From Ignavibacteriales bacterium (lineage in GTDB: Bacteria; Bacteroidota; Ignavibacteria; UBA10030), in the NCBI GenBank assembly GCA_026390595.1, contig JAPLFQ010000033.1:26574-90573 (forward strand): a stretch of 64,000 nucleotides of DNA. Reading direction: 5' to 3'. The notes under the pieces were generated by a model. It was not told the origin of the DNA. It was given only the letters and a program-made list of their open reading frames with translations, and made no database searches. The first letter of the stretch is position 1. Each line of letters opens with the position of its first letter. The translations under genes were made by a program, and so were the position numbers. This document shows, in pieces, positions 21,501 to 30,309 of the stretch.

Positions 21501-21938
21501 GGTTCCCCCGGAAAAGCCTTTGAATATCGGATGTTGACCGAAAGCTCCGAAACCGCGGGTATCCGGATGTCCTTCGGCCCACGACTTTTCTTCCCACAGG
21601 CCGGAGACACAGATGTTCGGCCTGATTGATTCGAGGCCAAGATCCACAACGTATTGTGCAGAGGCCAGGGAAAGGAGCAGTCCCCGTCCTTTCGAGAGAA
21701 ATGCCCGGATGGATCTGATCGTGCTGTCGTTTGTTGCAATCTCCGGCAGTTCAAGCGACTCGTCGAAGTGCCACCATGCAAGATCGAAGTTCAGGAGTGA
21801 GCGAGGATTCTTATCCAGGGCTGAGAAGAGAACTTTCTCTGCTCGAAATGTCTTGAGCCTCGACACGAATGACCAGGCGGAATGTTCCTCCTGGTTGAGT
21901 GTATGAGGGTCAACGATGAGAAACGCGATCTTCTTCAA
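18561..21938 (-). CDS. Large (1125 aa) cytoplasmic six-hairpin glycosidase-like protein (GDE_C / amylo-alpha-1,6-glucosidase-like core) with extra N- and C-terminal domains
   Basis: Central region carries motifs typical of (alpha/alpha)6 GDE_C/GH63-type enzymes (GRDSVWTGLA; GYHYGSIWPLFTGW). No signal peptide. The N-terminal ~300 aa (MKKIAFLIVD...) resembles a ThuA/GATase1-like fold. Family assignment is by motif only. Confidence 0.5.
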   Translation of the reverse strand: MKKIAFLIVDPHTLNQEEHSAWSFVSRLKTFRAEKVLFSALDKNPRSLLNFDLAWWHFDESLELPEIATNDSTIRSIRAFLSKGRGLLLSLASAQYVVDLGLESIRPNICVSGLWEEKSWAEGHPDTRGFGAFGQHPIFKGFSGGTFTSAPDIGRRYTAAYYEDQLPAAGRVVAVEKLYIKLDEQRRNVIEHSLDAGRIVSIGSHFYFSDSEQRFRRQLEHFASNCFSYLSTPTARKSEKVNERIYWDFSLPTVAEFSHRSKPLSVTSHKLPTRSDELVIHRDFAAPDLTEQFFDLSGRRVLIMGGERGGISEIWCHPVRILDNLKIQFRVGKALPQWSHELSPVVTICPESLTRRYNLNDATIEETLFADLLKPCGAIHYSVRSRKTVQIVLSARIDLRTMWPLSDRAIGSRRFAWDEAIHAGIITDASGQSSSILGSSRKPTDHLIGQYSEIVLEGDRLKGLPTESSAVALGFRVSLNSGARQCTIAFAGSGQSMQESIQSYRSVVQRPGPSLGRQRSRLRSVLRSSVRFATPSEQVNNAYRWAIAGLDKFVVEAPLLGRSFVAGYGLSSEGWNGGHTISGRPGYAWYFGRDSVWTGLAALACGEHEIVRDVLEFLGNYQDIDGKVLHELTTSGYAHYDAADSTPLYLVLMGRYVRATGDREFAASEFSRLIKAIEYCYSTDTDNDHLIENANVGHGWVEGGQLFPSHAEHYLNACWAEALLQSSFMAELLSERRLGRKWNEKAELVRTVLKREFWNPRTGFYNFSKCRDGSFVEEKTVLPSVGMYFKCTEHDKAQHSLAEYSGDNFSSDWGVRIVGKDNRFFNPTGYHYGSIWPLFTGWTSLAEFTNLRPLQGYMHLLSNALLYDQFSAGNMEEVLHGEVFRPVGVCPHQAWSQSMVIQPLIEGLLGLETDVIHKTVHMSPYFPPDWREASVKNIRLGDHRMDLDLYRKEKETVFVISLRRYSNKSRPSANYSLSFRPFFSLGTFIERFTIGSTMHNFAVLVDDYRALPTVQLQLGRKTVVRVEHKQGLALIPAVPHFQHGQKSKGVRVVNESWRNKSYVLTLEGKPGEDSIIEVLDRSRTARSVEGARVLAHDGDHLILAVPFEGDQSAGSYVRKDVVVNT

Positions 21939-24796
21939 TGCAATTCTACCTGCATCATGTAGTTTCGTTCGAACAGTTCATTCCAAACCCAGAGATCCGT
22001 CTGGGTCTGCACTCCGAAACGGAGACTGAGCCTCTTCCCCCTTGCCAACTGTAACCCGTATCGATCGTTTCTGGGGATTCTCAGGGTGAGACGATTACGG
22101 TAAATCGTGTTGCCGGATCGGTCGAGTTTGACCGAGACCACGCTGAGTCCCGTCGATCGCAGGATGTCCCGTCGATCTTTCGGGGTATTTACCCAGTCAG
22201 AACAATCGCGAAGATAGTAATCGGCCACCTTCGCAGAATCTCCGTTATTGAGCACGCGAATTTGGAAATTGTCAAAGCCGTGGAACCAACCATCGTTGTT
22301 GGCATCGATCTGAACGAGCAGGTTTGCCGGTTGTGCAGTGAGAGCAGAGAGATAGAGGGCGGAATCGGTCCAGGCGAGATAAAATTGGGCATCCATCAAG
22401 CTGGTATGAATCGCCCCGAAGGGACAAGACTCGAGCTCGGTCACACTCTTGATTCGCTGAATTGCGGGATTCATGGGGTAGAGGGGCTCAGGGTCAACTT
22501 TGTCAAGTATTCCGTCGCTATCCGTGTCCTTCTTTGTAAGGGAGGATGATCGCGAAGATCCCATCATCACTTCTTCAAGATCTGACAAACCATCATCATC
22601 GGAGTCGCTCGAAGCAGGGTCGCTCCCCAGACGTTTCTCGTCGAATGGGAGCGTCCGGTCGTCATCTGGCACCCCATCTCTGTCGGCATCAAGCGTTGCA
22701 TACAGCTTTCCAAATTTCAGAGTAAGCCAACAGGTCCTGTCTGCGTTTCTGATGATCTTTGCATTGAAATCGAAGTCTTCACCGAACCGTCCCGGCATTT
22801 TCCATGGCTGATCAGCGTGGTAGTACTCTGGAAACCCTGACATCTCCATCAGGGCGTCAATCTGATGGTGAAACTCATGCGTGATCAACCAGTCCTGACG
22901 GCTGAAGCGATCCTGGAACGGGTTGCTTGTATATCCGGCCGTCTTGCCATACTTCCATGGTGCCGGTACGCCGTACGTGCCGCCGCCGACAGCCTGCCTG
23001 ATTACAACGGTGTCCTTTCTTGTTGAATCGCGTAGTGCGCTTGCTCGACGAGATGGATAGTTGAACCAGGCATAGGGACAGACCAGTCCACAATAGTCGT
23101 CGGGGTTCTTTCCATAGAAGCGAGCCGCCTTCTCGAAGTCGTGCGTTACGCGCTCGTTTGGCGATAACCAATATGGATCAGTGTCTCCGACTTCGTGCAA
23201 CCACAAAGTGTCTTCAACGACGTACATGTCGAAATCCAGAACTACCTTACAGCCTGAGTTTCGAAAGTAGAACTCGCTGTTGAATGCGGTTGCCTGTCTG
23301 AGATACTCCATATCAGCAGAATCCAGAGTCCTTCCAGCGGGGACTCCGGGAAAGTGAATCTGAGGGTACTTATCCCTGTAGCTGATCGTGCGGTACACTA
23401 TACACATCACTGGCAGACGTGTCAGTGATGTCATTCTTGGATCGGCGGGGGGAGTTGAGAAGCGGAACTGCTTCGAAGAGGAATACTTCCCGGGTACTGT
23501 CTTCAGGGCAGGACCAAATCTGTAGCTGTACCGCGAAAGTGGACTGAGTTTGGACAGAGAAACAGATCGCTGATTGTGATCATTGACCGCAGCATCGGTG
23601 CGCCAAGATTCTCCATCTCGTGCCACGTCCAGCCAGGCGGGACCAGAGAGGTTTGTCGTCCATGAAATCTGACAACTTCCCAGATTCCTGTCGGTGATTG
23701 CCGATGGCTGTGCCGGAGGATCATCATTCAAAAAGACCAGTTTGTCGTAGTCAGCTACGACGAGGGTGTTCCTGCCGAAGACAGCAATACCGCGAGGGGC
23801 CTTGAATCCCCCGATGACCGCAGCATCAATAGTGTTTTCAAGATGCCCGCTTGAGTTGAACACGAAAATGACTCTCGCGCCCGGATCGGCCGCAAAGAGT
23901 TTTCCGGAGTGTGAGGCAAGTGAGGTTGGAGAAACGAGCCGCTCTGAGATGGAATCGACGAGTGCTCCGGATGAGTCTGAAACCAGTATCCGCCTGCCGA
24001 GTATGGCAAATGTCTTTCCGTCGAGTCCAATCTGCTTTGGCATCTCTGGAGGTGTCTTCATCGGCTCGGCTGACAGCAGTGAGCCTTCTGCATCGATCCG
24101 AAGCAATTGTTTCAACTCGGGGTGGTAGACTTCGAGAGTCGATCCACGCTCACGGACGTAGGCAAGATGTGCGAAGGAAACCTTATCACGTTTTCCCGGT
24201 ATTCGGACGATCGATGGCGGTCCGCTTGCGGAAACGCGAACTGATTTGAACTCAGACAATCCGTCGGAGGATTCAAGTCCTATGTACCCGGATACGAAAA
24301 CGAGATTGGTATCGACGCCGACGATTTCTCCGTCGATGAAAACCTTGTAACGGCTATGTACGGGGTCGACGTCGATTCGAAGAGTTGTCCAGTCGGATGG
24401 TATCTTCGGAGAGTCAAAAGTGCTGGTGGCTGTGAATTCCCCTGCAGCATTGAAGTACCCGGCAAGAAAACTCTTCTCGTCGAATCGAACCATGTGCGAA
24501 AGCGCTTTTGAGGACCGATCGTCAAGGCTGAAATAGAGACCAGCACGAATGCCCCTGAGGGTTGCTTCGATCGAGAATGGCTGGTCCGCAAACGCATAGA
24601 ACGAAGACGAAAGCAAATCGTCGTAATCCCTCGAATTGATCTGAAGACAATTCCCTTTGGTGTGCCAGTCACCTGTCGCAGCCTTCCATTGACGCCCGAG
24701 ATCAACGCGTTGGAAATCGTCCTGGAACCAGACCGTCTGCGCAGACAGAAGGGAACTGGAAAATGCCAGAAACAAGATTATGGCGATCTGTCTCAT
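21935..24796 (-). CDS. Secreted multidomain protein (~953 aa): LamG/DUF1080-like, NHL-like beta-propeller, FN3-like, HExxH region, thrombospondin type-3 Ca-binding repeats, CBM9/DOMON-like C-terminus
   Basis: Signal peptide MRQIAIILFLAFSSSLLSAQT (start taken at 24796, the track ORF extends to 24844). HEFHH motif. Three DxDxDGxxD repeats (DADRDGVPDDD, DSDDDGLSDLEE, DTDSDGILD). ATGA overlap with the downstream 1125-aa gene. Confidence 0.5.
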   Translation of the reverse strand: MRQIAIILFLAFSSSLLSAQTVWFQDDFQRVDLGRQWKAATGDWHTKGNCLQINSRDYDDLLSSSFYAFADQPFSIEATLRGIRAGLYFSLDDRSSKALSHMVRFDEKSFLAGYFNAAGEFTATSTFDSPKIPSDWTTLRIDVDPVHSRYKVFIDGEIVGVDTNLVFVSGYIGLESSDGLSEFKSVRVSASGPPSIVRIPGKRDKVSFAHLAYVRERGSTLEVYHPELKQLLRIDAEGSLLSAEPMKTPPEMPKQIGLDGKTFAILGRRILVSDSSGALVDSISERLVSPTSLASHSGKLFAADPGARVIFVFNSSGHLENTIDAAVIGGFKAPRGIAVFGRNTLVVADYDKLVFLNDDPPAQPSAITDRNLGSCQISWTTNLSGPAWLDVARDGESWRTDAAVNDHNQRSVSLSKLSPLSRYSYRFGPALKTVPGKYSSSKQFRFSTPPADPRMTSLTRLPVMCIVYRTISYRDKYPQIHFPGVPAGRTLDSADMEYLRQATAFNSEFYFRNSGCKVVLDFDMYVVEDTLWLHEVGDTDPYWLSPNERVTHDFEKAARFYGKNPDDYCGLVCPYAWFNYPSRRASALRDSTRKDTVVIRQAVGGGTYGVPAPWKYGKTAGYTSNPFQDRFSRQDWLITHEFHHQIDALMEMSGFPEYYHADQPWKMPGRFGEDFDFNAKIIRNADRTCWLTLKFGKLYATLDADRDGVPDDDRTLPFDEKRLGSDPASSDSDDDGLSDLEEVMMGSSRSSSLTKKDTDSDGILDKVDPEPLYPMNPAIQRIKSVTELESCPFGAIHTSLMDAQFYLAWTDSALYLSALTAQPANLLVQIDANNDGWFHGFDNFQIRVLNNGDSAKVADYYLRDCSDWVNTPKDRRDILRSTGLSVVSVKLDRSGNTIYRNRLTLRIPRNDRYGLQLARGKRLSLRFGVQTQTDLWVWNELFERNYMMQVELH

Positions 24797-24890
24797 TTGA
24801 TGTTTCTTTGCTGAGAGTTCGTCGTCAACACCCGGGATATGCATAACGTCTTGAGATCATCTGATTGGGTTCTGCAACAACTGCACAATC

Positions 24891-26207
24891 CTATCGAGGT
24901 CTGTTCTTCCTTTTCCAGAACAAGAAGACCGGAACACCCGCGGCGAGGAAAGCAAGACCTGCTAACGACTCTGCTGGCTTTTCGAAAAGTGTATAGATCA
25001 CAAAGAGTGTTGAAATCGTCACGAACAATATGGGCGTTAGTGGGTATCCAAGCGTCCTATACGGGCGCTCCGCCTGCGGTAGACGCCGTCGGAAAATAAA
25101 AATGCTGAATGCTGCGAGCGCAAAGAATATCCAATCTGTAAACACAACATAGGAAATCAGGCTTTCGAATGTTCCCCAAAACAGGATGAGCACGATCGCC
25201 CAGGCAGATTGAAGGGCAATGGCGAGCATCGGTGTCCGAAATCTTGGATGGACCTCGGCGACTTTCTTGAAGAAGAGGCCATCATTCGCCATCGCATAGT
25301 AGATCCGCGGAGCCGTCAGTGTGTAGATACCGGTTGTCCCGAATGTGGATATGAAGATCGTGATTGCAATCAGACTGCCCCCTACAGGTCCGAGAACAAG
25401 GCTGATGGCATCCGCTGCAACGCGAGGAGAAGCTGCCATCTGAGCTGGAGTCATGAGAAACATGTATGCAACATTCGTCGAGATATAGATGATCGTAACC
25501 GCGAGTGCCCCGATGATGAGCGAACGAGGGACACTCCTTTTTGGGTCTTTTGCTTCCGCTGCCGTGAAGGTCGCGTGCTGCCAGCCGCCAAAAGACCAGA
25601 GAACGCTCACGAAGGCGAGCGTCAGAGCGCTCGACAGACCGTTCGGAAGGTGTCCGAGCGGTATTGAGAAATCCGTGGTCGTGCTCGATCCCCAGCCAAT
25701 ACCAACTGCGATGAGAGCAACTATCCCAAGGATCTTCAGGACCGTAAACAAATCGGAGAAGATGCCTCCGGCTTTAACGCCCAGAATGTTTATGATGGTA
25801 ACCAGGATGATTCCCAGTATTCCCACCAGGGTTGTGTGCTCGCCGGCAAACGGCACGAAGAAGCCGAGGTAGGTGGAAAACGCCAGAGCCAAAGCAGCAA
25901 GTGCACCGGTGTTGACGACAAGGAAATATGCCCATCCGTACAGAAAACCGACCAGCCCCCCGTACGCTTTAGTAAGAAACACATACACACCGCCCGCCCG
26001 GGGCATCATGGCACCGAGTTCTGCATATGTCAGGGCACCGCACATGGTTGTGAGACCGCCGAGAACCCAGATTCCGAGAATCCAGACAGGAGAGGGGAGC
26101 GCTTTTGCAATGAGTGCTGGTGTAAGGAATATTCCGGAACCGATGGATGACCCTATAGCGATCATGGTCATGTCAAAGAGGGAAAGCTCACGCCGGAGAT
26201 CTGCCAT
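24891..26207 (-). CDS. Amino acid permease (APC superfamily)
   Basis: 12-TM protein with the APC family N-terminal signature (FDMTMIAIGSSIGSGIFLTPA). Confidence 0.85.
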   Translation of the reverse strand: MADLRRELSLFDMTMIAIGSSIGSGIFLTPALIAKALPSPVWILGIWVLGGLTTMCGALTYAELGAMMPRAGGVYVFLTKAYGGLVGFLYGWAYFLVVNTGALAALALAFSTYLGFFVPFAGEHTTLVGILGIILVTIINILGVKAGGIFSDLFTVLKILGIVALIAVGIGWGSSTTTDFSIPLGHLPNGLSSALTLAFVSVLWSFGGWQHATFTAAEAKDPKRSVPRSLIIGALAVTIIYISTNVAYMFLMTPAQMAASPRVAADAISLVLGPVGGSLIAITIFISTFGTTGIYTLTAPRIYYAMANDGLFFKKVAEVHPRFRTPMLAIALQSAWAIVLILFWGTFESLISYVVFTDWIFFALAAFSIFIFRRRLPQAERPYRTLGYPLTPILFVTISTLFVIYTLFEKPAESLAGLAFLAAGVPVFLFWKRKNRPR

Positions 26208-26217
26208 AAGGGAAGTC

Positions 26218-26254
26218 GATTGTCGCTGGTGATATTATTGTTGGGGGATTGTCG
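26218..26254. repeat. Two copies of the GATTGTCG octamer in the 5' region of the APC permease gene
   Basis: GATTGTCG at 26218-26225 and 26247-26254. The same octamer occurs three times upstream of proS (38292-38327). Confidence 0.4.
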
Positions 26255-26258
26255 TGAA

Positions 26259-28511
26259 CTATATCTGTATTTGGATAGCCTTGCCAATGACACTTTCGGC
26301 ATGATGTTCGCCATCGAGCCAAACCGTGAATCGTGATCTCCGGACGTCCACCCGGAGATATCTGCCTCGCACCAGGACATTGTCAACAGTAACGGAGTCG
26401 AGGTTGAATGGGAATGGATCGATGAGAACAGAAAACTCTTCCGGTCGTATTCCACACACATACTTCAGGATGAGGTCGTTTACCCAGGAATGCTGGTAGT
26501 CATCAATGCCGCGGTAGATACTGGGCGTTCCTGATTCGGGATTGTAGTGCTCGAAGCAGTTCGGGCGCCGGGGATCTCCGTCGAAGAACATCAATCTAAC
26601 GTACTTCGTCATGAACTCAGCCGCCTTCTTGCGCAGTCCTTTGTCTGAGAATGCGATCGCCGCGGCGGCGAGGACTTCTGCTATGTGGCTGTTCGTCATC
26701 GGCCAGACCCGCCCGTTCCACGGACAGTTCATGCGCTTGCCTTTCCAGGTGGGAGAGGCTGAAAAGAACTCATCATCCGCACTGGAGGAGGGAACGGGGT
26801 AGGGCGTCCAGAATTCTTTCTTGTTTAGAAGATGACGCTTGAGTCCGGGGAGATGACTCCTGTCTACGATGTCGGTGAAGTATGGATAGAAACACGTGGC
26901 GGCCTTTACCAGGGTCCGATTTCCAGAGGCAGGATCGACATCAAAAAACATCTCCTGCTCGGAGTCCCACATTCTCTCGAGTACAGCCGTCTTGATCTTC
27001 CCGGCTTCGATTCTCCATAGCTCGCTTTCGTCGGTTCTGCCAAGTGTCTCGGCAACGGCCGACAACGCCCGTTTGAGCTCGTACAGATAGACGGTAACAT
27101 CGACTCCCTTGAGTCTGAATGCTTCGCCCCAATGTTCCTCGTCGGCCCGTGGATTGACCGCCGTATACCTGTGCATGTATTCCTGGCCCGTCTCATAATG
27201 ATTCTCGATGTCGTACAGTCCGCTGATCTCTTCGTCGCGTTCTTTGTCGAAATAGCCGGCGTACTTCTTCAGCCCTTCGTACACCTGCCCCAGGTAATCC
27301 GCGGAAGGATGCATGGCGTGAAGCTGAAGCAAGGCATTTCCCCAGTTCGCGTGGTAGAACATTTCCTGCCGGTAGTGGTTCATATCGATGTAGCCACGGA
27401 ACCCGCCATCATCGCGTTGGTTGTCGATAAATGTCAGAAGGCTTCCGCGGGCGAGCTCAGGATCGTGCATCCAGCGGTTTTCCAGGATATGGCATTGAGC
27501 ACTGTACGAAATGGGAGCGCGAAAATAGCCGATCCCCTCACAGACAAAAGGACGTTTGTAGTTTCCATCATTGCCGTACTGGGTGTTAAGTTTGAGTCCG
27601 TACCATCGATACCAGTAGTAGCGAGTCAAGAACTCGTCCGAGGAATTAAAATGGGGGACAGAGGCGAAGTGATCGTTCCAGCTGATTCTGCTCAGTTCGG
27701 CCGGATTGTTCTGGCGGAGAGCCGCACGTACGTTGCCATAGGTCTCATCGGACGAGGGGGAAGCCGCGAAGGCTATTGGTATTTCAGCTTCCATTCCTGG
27801 TTTGAGCGTGATCTCTGTGTGAAGTCCTGCATAGATGAGCCCCTCCTGTTCCGATCCCGTAATCTCGCTGGTGTTCTGCAATCTCCCTTCGTGAAACGTC
27901 TCGAACCAGGGAGTCAGAGCCCAATGAGGCTGGACAGCAGTCCGCTCGCTGAGACTGACGGAATAGGATTGGTTCGATGCACGCATTGCAAGCGCGCAGG
28001 CAATTTCAACGTGCGGTGCCACCGAGGGACGTACGAATTTGGTGAACGCAATTCCGTCACGACCCCGCTCCACGTCGGTTATCCAAGCCGATGATTTGGA
28101 TGGGACGATTTCCTGAATGGTCCATGCCACGAGGTGAAGGCGGAGTGTATTGCGTGAGCGGTTTTTCAATGTGACGACACTGAGCGCTACATCGTTGGGA
28201 AGAAGGGATTTTGTTTCCAGCACCTGAACATGCCGCGCATCTCCTTTGAGCGTACAATCGTATTCCTGGGTCATGAAAGCCGGATTCCAGGTTCGTCTGC
28301 AAAATGTAAGTGGGGACTCCCGTCCCGCGTCATCGAGAATCGCCCAAGTGAACAGAGGTTTGATCTCATAGTTATAGTAGTGCGCTTCATCCCAGAATCC
28401 GGGGAAATCAAGAAAGAGAGGGAACGTGGGAGCCCATAGCAGGCGATTTCCGCCGCCGAGGTACCATTTGTCGTTTCGCTCAAGATAACGGAGCAGGTCG
28501 ATTTTCTTCAT
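26259..28511 (-). CDS. Six-hairpin (alpha/alpha)6 glycoside hydrolase/phosphorylase-like protein, 750 aa (GH63/GH37/GDE-like clan)
   Basis: N-terminal beta-sandwich plus C-terminal helical barrel. Motifs FYHANWGNALL and NCPWNGRVWP (NGxxWP type). No signal peptide. Family not resolvable by eye. Confidence 0.55.
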   Translation of the reverse strand: MKKIDLLRYLERNDKWYLGGGNRLLWAPTFPLFLDFPGFWDEAHYYNYEIKPLFTWAILDDAGRESPLTFCRRTWNPAFMTQEYDCTLKGDARHVQVLETKSLLPNDVALSVVTLKNRSRNTLRLHLVAWTIQEIVPSKSSAWITDVERGRDGIAFTKFVRPSVAPHVEIACALAMRASNQSYSVSLSERTAVQPHWALTPWFETFHEGRLQNTSEITGSEQEGLIYAGLHTEITLKPGMEAEIPIAFAASPSSDETYGNVRAALRQNNPAELSRISWNDHFASVPHFNSSDEFLTRYYWYRWYGLKLNTQYGNDGNYKRPFVCEGIGYFRAPISYSAQCHILENRWMHDPELARGSLLTFIDNQRDDGGFRGYIDMNHYRQEMFYHANWGNALLQLHAMHPSADYLGQVYEGLKKYAGYFDKERDEEISGLYDIENHYETGQEYMHRYTAVNPRADEEHWGEAFRLKGVDVTVYLYELKRALSAVAETLGRTDESELWRIEAGKIKTAVLERMWDSEQEMFFDVDPASGNRTLVKAATCFYPYFTDIVDRSHLPGLKRHLLNKKEFWTPYPVPSSSADDEFFSASPTWKGKRMNCPWNGRVWPMTNSHIAEVLAAAAIAFSDKGLRKKAAEFMTKYVRLMFFDGDPRRPNCFEHYNPESGTPSIYRGIDDYQHSWVNDLILKYVCGIRPEEFSVLIDPFPFNLDSVTVDNVLVRGRYLRVDVRRSRFTVWLDGEHHAESVIGKAIQIQI

Positions 28512-28542
28512 GTCATTGTTCCGTCCTTAGAAAAGGAAGACT

Positions 28543-29367
28543 TCATCCCTTCAAACCGGTCATGGTGATCCCTTTGACGAAGTACTTCTGTGCCGCAATG
28601 AACACCACAACGACGGGGAGCATAACAACTACGGCTGCGGCCATCTGATGTGGCCAGTCGGTTGTGTACAGGTTACTGAAATTAGCGATTCCGACTTCGA
28701 CGGTCCTCATGTCGGTCCGGTTCGTGACGATCAGCGGCCACAGAAAGTCTTTCCAGCTCCCCATGAAGGCGAAAATTGCAAGCGTCGCAAGAGCGGGCTT
28801 AGACAGAGGAAGGATCACCCGGAGGAAGATCGTGAGTTCCGAGGCGCCATCGACGCGCGCTGCATCTTCGATATCCCTTGGAATTGTCAGAAAGAACTGG
28901 CGCAGAAGAAATATCCCCCACACGCTTGAGACTGTGGGAGTGAACAGCGCCCAGTAGGTGTTCATCCAACCGAACGTGTTGATGAGGAGAAATGCCGGAA
29001 TGATTGTGACCATCGCCGGTATCATCATGGTGCTCAGGTAGAGGGCGAAGATTCTGTCTCGCCATCGGAAACGGAGCCGCGCAAAAGCGTATGCCGCCAT
29101 CGAGCAAAACGTGAGCTGCCCGATCACGGAAGCAGCAGCAACGATGAAAGAGTTCAGGAAGAATCGCCCGAACGGTTGGAGCGTCATTGCCTCTCCGTAA
29201 TTCGACCACTTCAACACGGAGGGGACAAACCGGGGCGGGAATTGATACACTTCCAATTCGCTCATGAGCGAAGTACTGAGCATCCACAGAAAAGGGAGGA
29301 GCATGGAGAGCGCGAGCAGAACCAGGCCGCCATAAATCAAAAGTCGGTTCAAACGCTTCATCGGCAC
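28543..29367 (-). CDS. Carbohydrate ABC transporter permease (MalG/UgpE-like)
   Basis: 6 TM helices and the EAA-like loop (IEDAARVDGASELTIFLRVILPLSKPAL). Confidence 0.85.
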   Translation of the reverse strand: MPMKRLNRLLIYGGLVLLALSMLLPFLWMLSTSLMSELEVYQFPPRFVPSVLKWSNYGEAMTLQPFGRFFLNSFIVAAASVIGQLTFCSMAAYAFARLRFRWRDRIFALYLSTMMIPAMVTIIPAFLLINTFGWMNTYWALFTPTVSSVWGIFLLRQFFLTIPRDIEDAARVDGASELTIFLRVILPLSKPALATLAIFAFMGSWKDFLWPLIVTNRTDMRTVEVGIANFSNLYTTDWPHQMAAAVVVMLPVVVVFIAAQKYFVKGITMTGLKG

Positions 29368-29377
29368 AGTAACCTGA

Positions 29378-30280
29378 CTATTTCACTGGATTGATTTGTT
29401 CCCACACGTGTGGATCTTCATGGCCCAAACGCCAAACGGAGATGCCTCTGAAATGGTATTTCTTCACCAGGGCGAGTTTGGCGGCCATCGACCGTGCGTC
29501 TTCCAGGTAAATGTATTCGTTGAGGAACTCATTCGGGTAGACCGCATACGATACCTTCTCGCGATCATCCCACTTCCACGTTGCATTGTTACGCTCAGCG
29601 AGTGCCATTGCTTCGGCATAGTCGAGGCTTTTTCCCCAGGCGTGGGCTGCATTGTTCTGATATTCGGGCTGCCAGACTCTGGAGTAGAAGGGGATTCCGA
29701 GAGAGATCTTCCCGGGCGGTACCCCTTTCATCACGAATTGAATGATTGCTTCCATCCATGGTACACCCGCCACCGGCCCCGGGGTCGTCCGATGCGTGTG
29801 CTGTTCATAGGTCATAAGCGAAATGAAGTCGCCAATCTCCGCCAGGGCCTTGTAGTCGAATACGCCTCGCCAGTACTCATAGATCCACTTGTGGAATTCA
29901 GTCGGACCGATGTCCTCAGATGACCTCGGAACGACGGCGACACTGATTGCGTAGCCGTTCGAGTGGAGGGCTGCTGCCGCCTGACGGTAGAAGTCTGTAA
30001 ACGCGTCCTTGTCCGAAATATGGATGTTCTCAAAATCGAACTGAAGGCCGTAGTATTTGTTCTCTCGGCATACGCGAACCATGTTGGAGACACCCCGAGC
30101 CCGGGCAGCGGAATCATGGAGAAGCGCATGAAACGAAGGCTGATCGAAGCCAGGGTTCACCACCAGGGGCATCACCTTGACATTGTTTTTTGAGGAGAGC
30201 TCGAGGATCCTCCGATCAACGGAGCCCCACATGTTTCCGTGCTCATCCAACACCGCAATGATACGACTCCTATATCGCAT
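29378..30280 (-). CDS. GH18-like glycosyl hydrolase family protein (YaaH/YdhD-type catalytic domain), cytoplasmic
   Basis: YGLQFDFENI (variant GH18 D-x-E catalytic motif) and ISLGIPFYSRVW (GH18 LGxPxYGR-like). No signal peptide. Confidence 0.45.
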   Translation of the reverse strand: MRYRSRIIAVLDEHGNMWGSVDRRILELSSKNNVKVMPLVVNPGFDQPSFHALLHDSAARARGVSNMVRVCRENKYYGLQFDFENIHISDKDAFTDFYRQAAAALHSNGYAISVAVVPRSSEDIGPTEFHKWIYEYWRGVFDYKALAEIGDFISLMTYEQHTHRTTPGPVAGVPWMEAIIQFVMKGVPPGKISLGIPFYSRVWQPEYQNNAAHAWGKSLDYAEAMALAERNNATWKWDDREKVSYAVYPNEFLNEYIYLEDARSMAAKLALVKKYHFRGISVWRLGHEDPHVWEQINPVK

Positions 30281-30309
30281 GACGGTTTCCTCCGGTTGTG
30301 CGGATCTTT

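Noticed and set aside
22470-22700. Acidic repetitive stretch that could look like a DNA tandem repeat
   Set aside because: It is the coding sequence of the thrombospondin type-3-like DxDxDG repeats on the minus strand. Periodicity is at protein level only.
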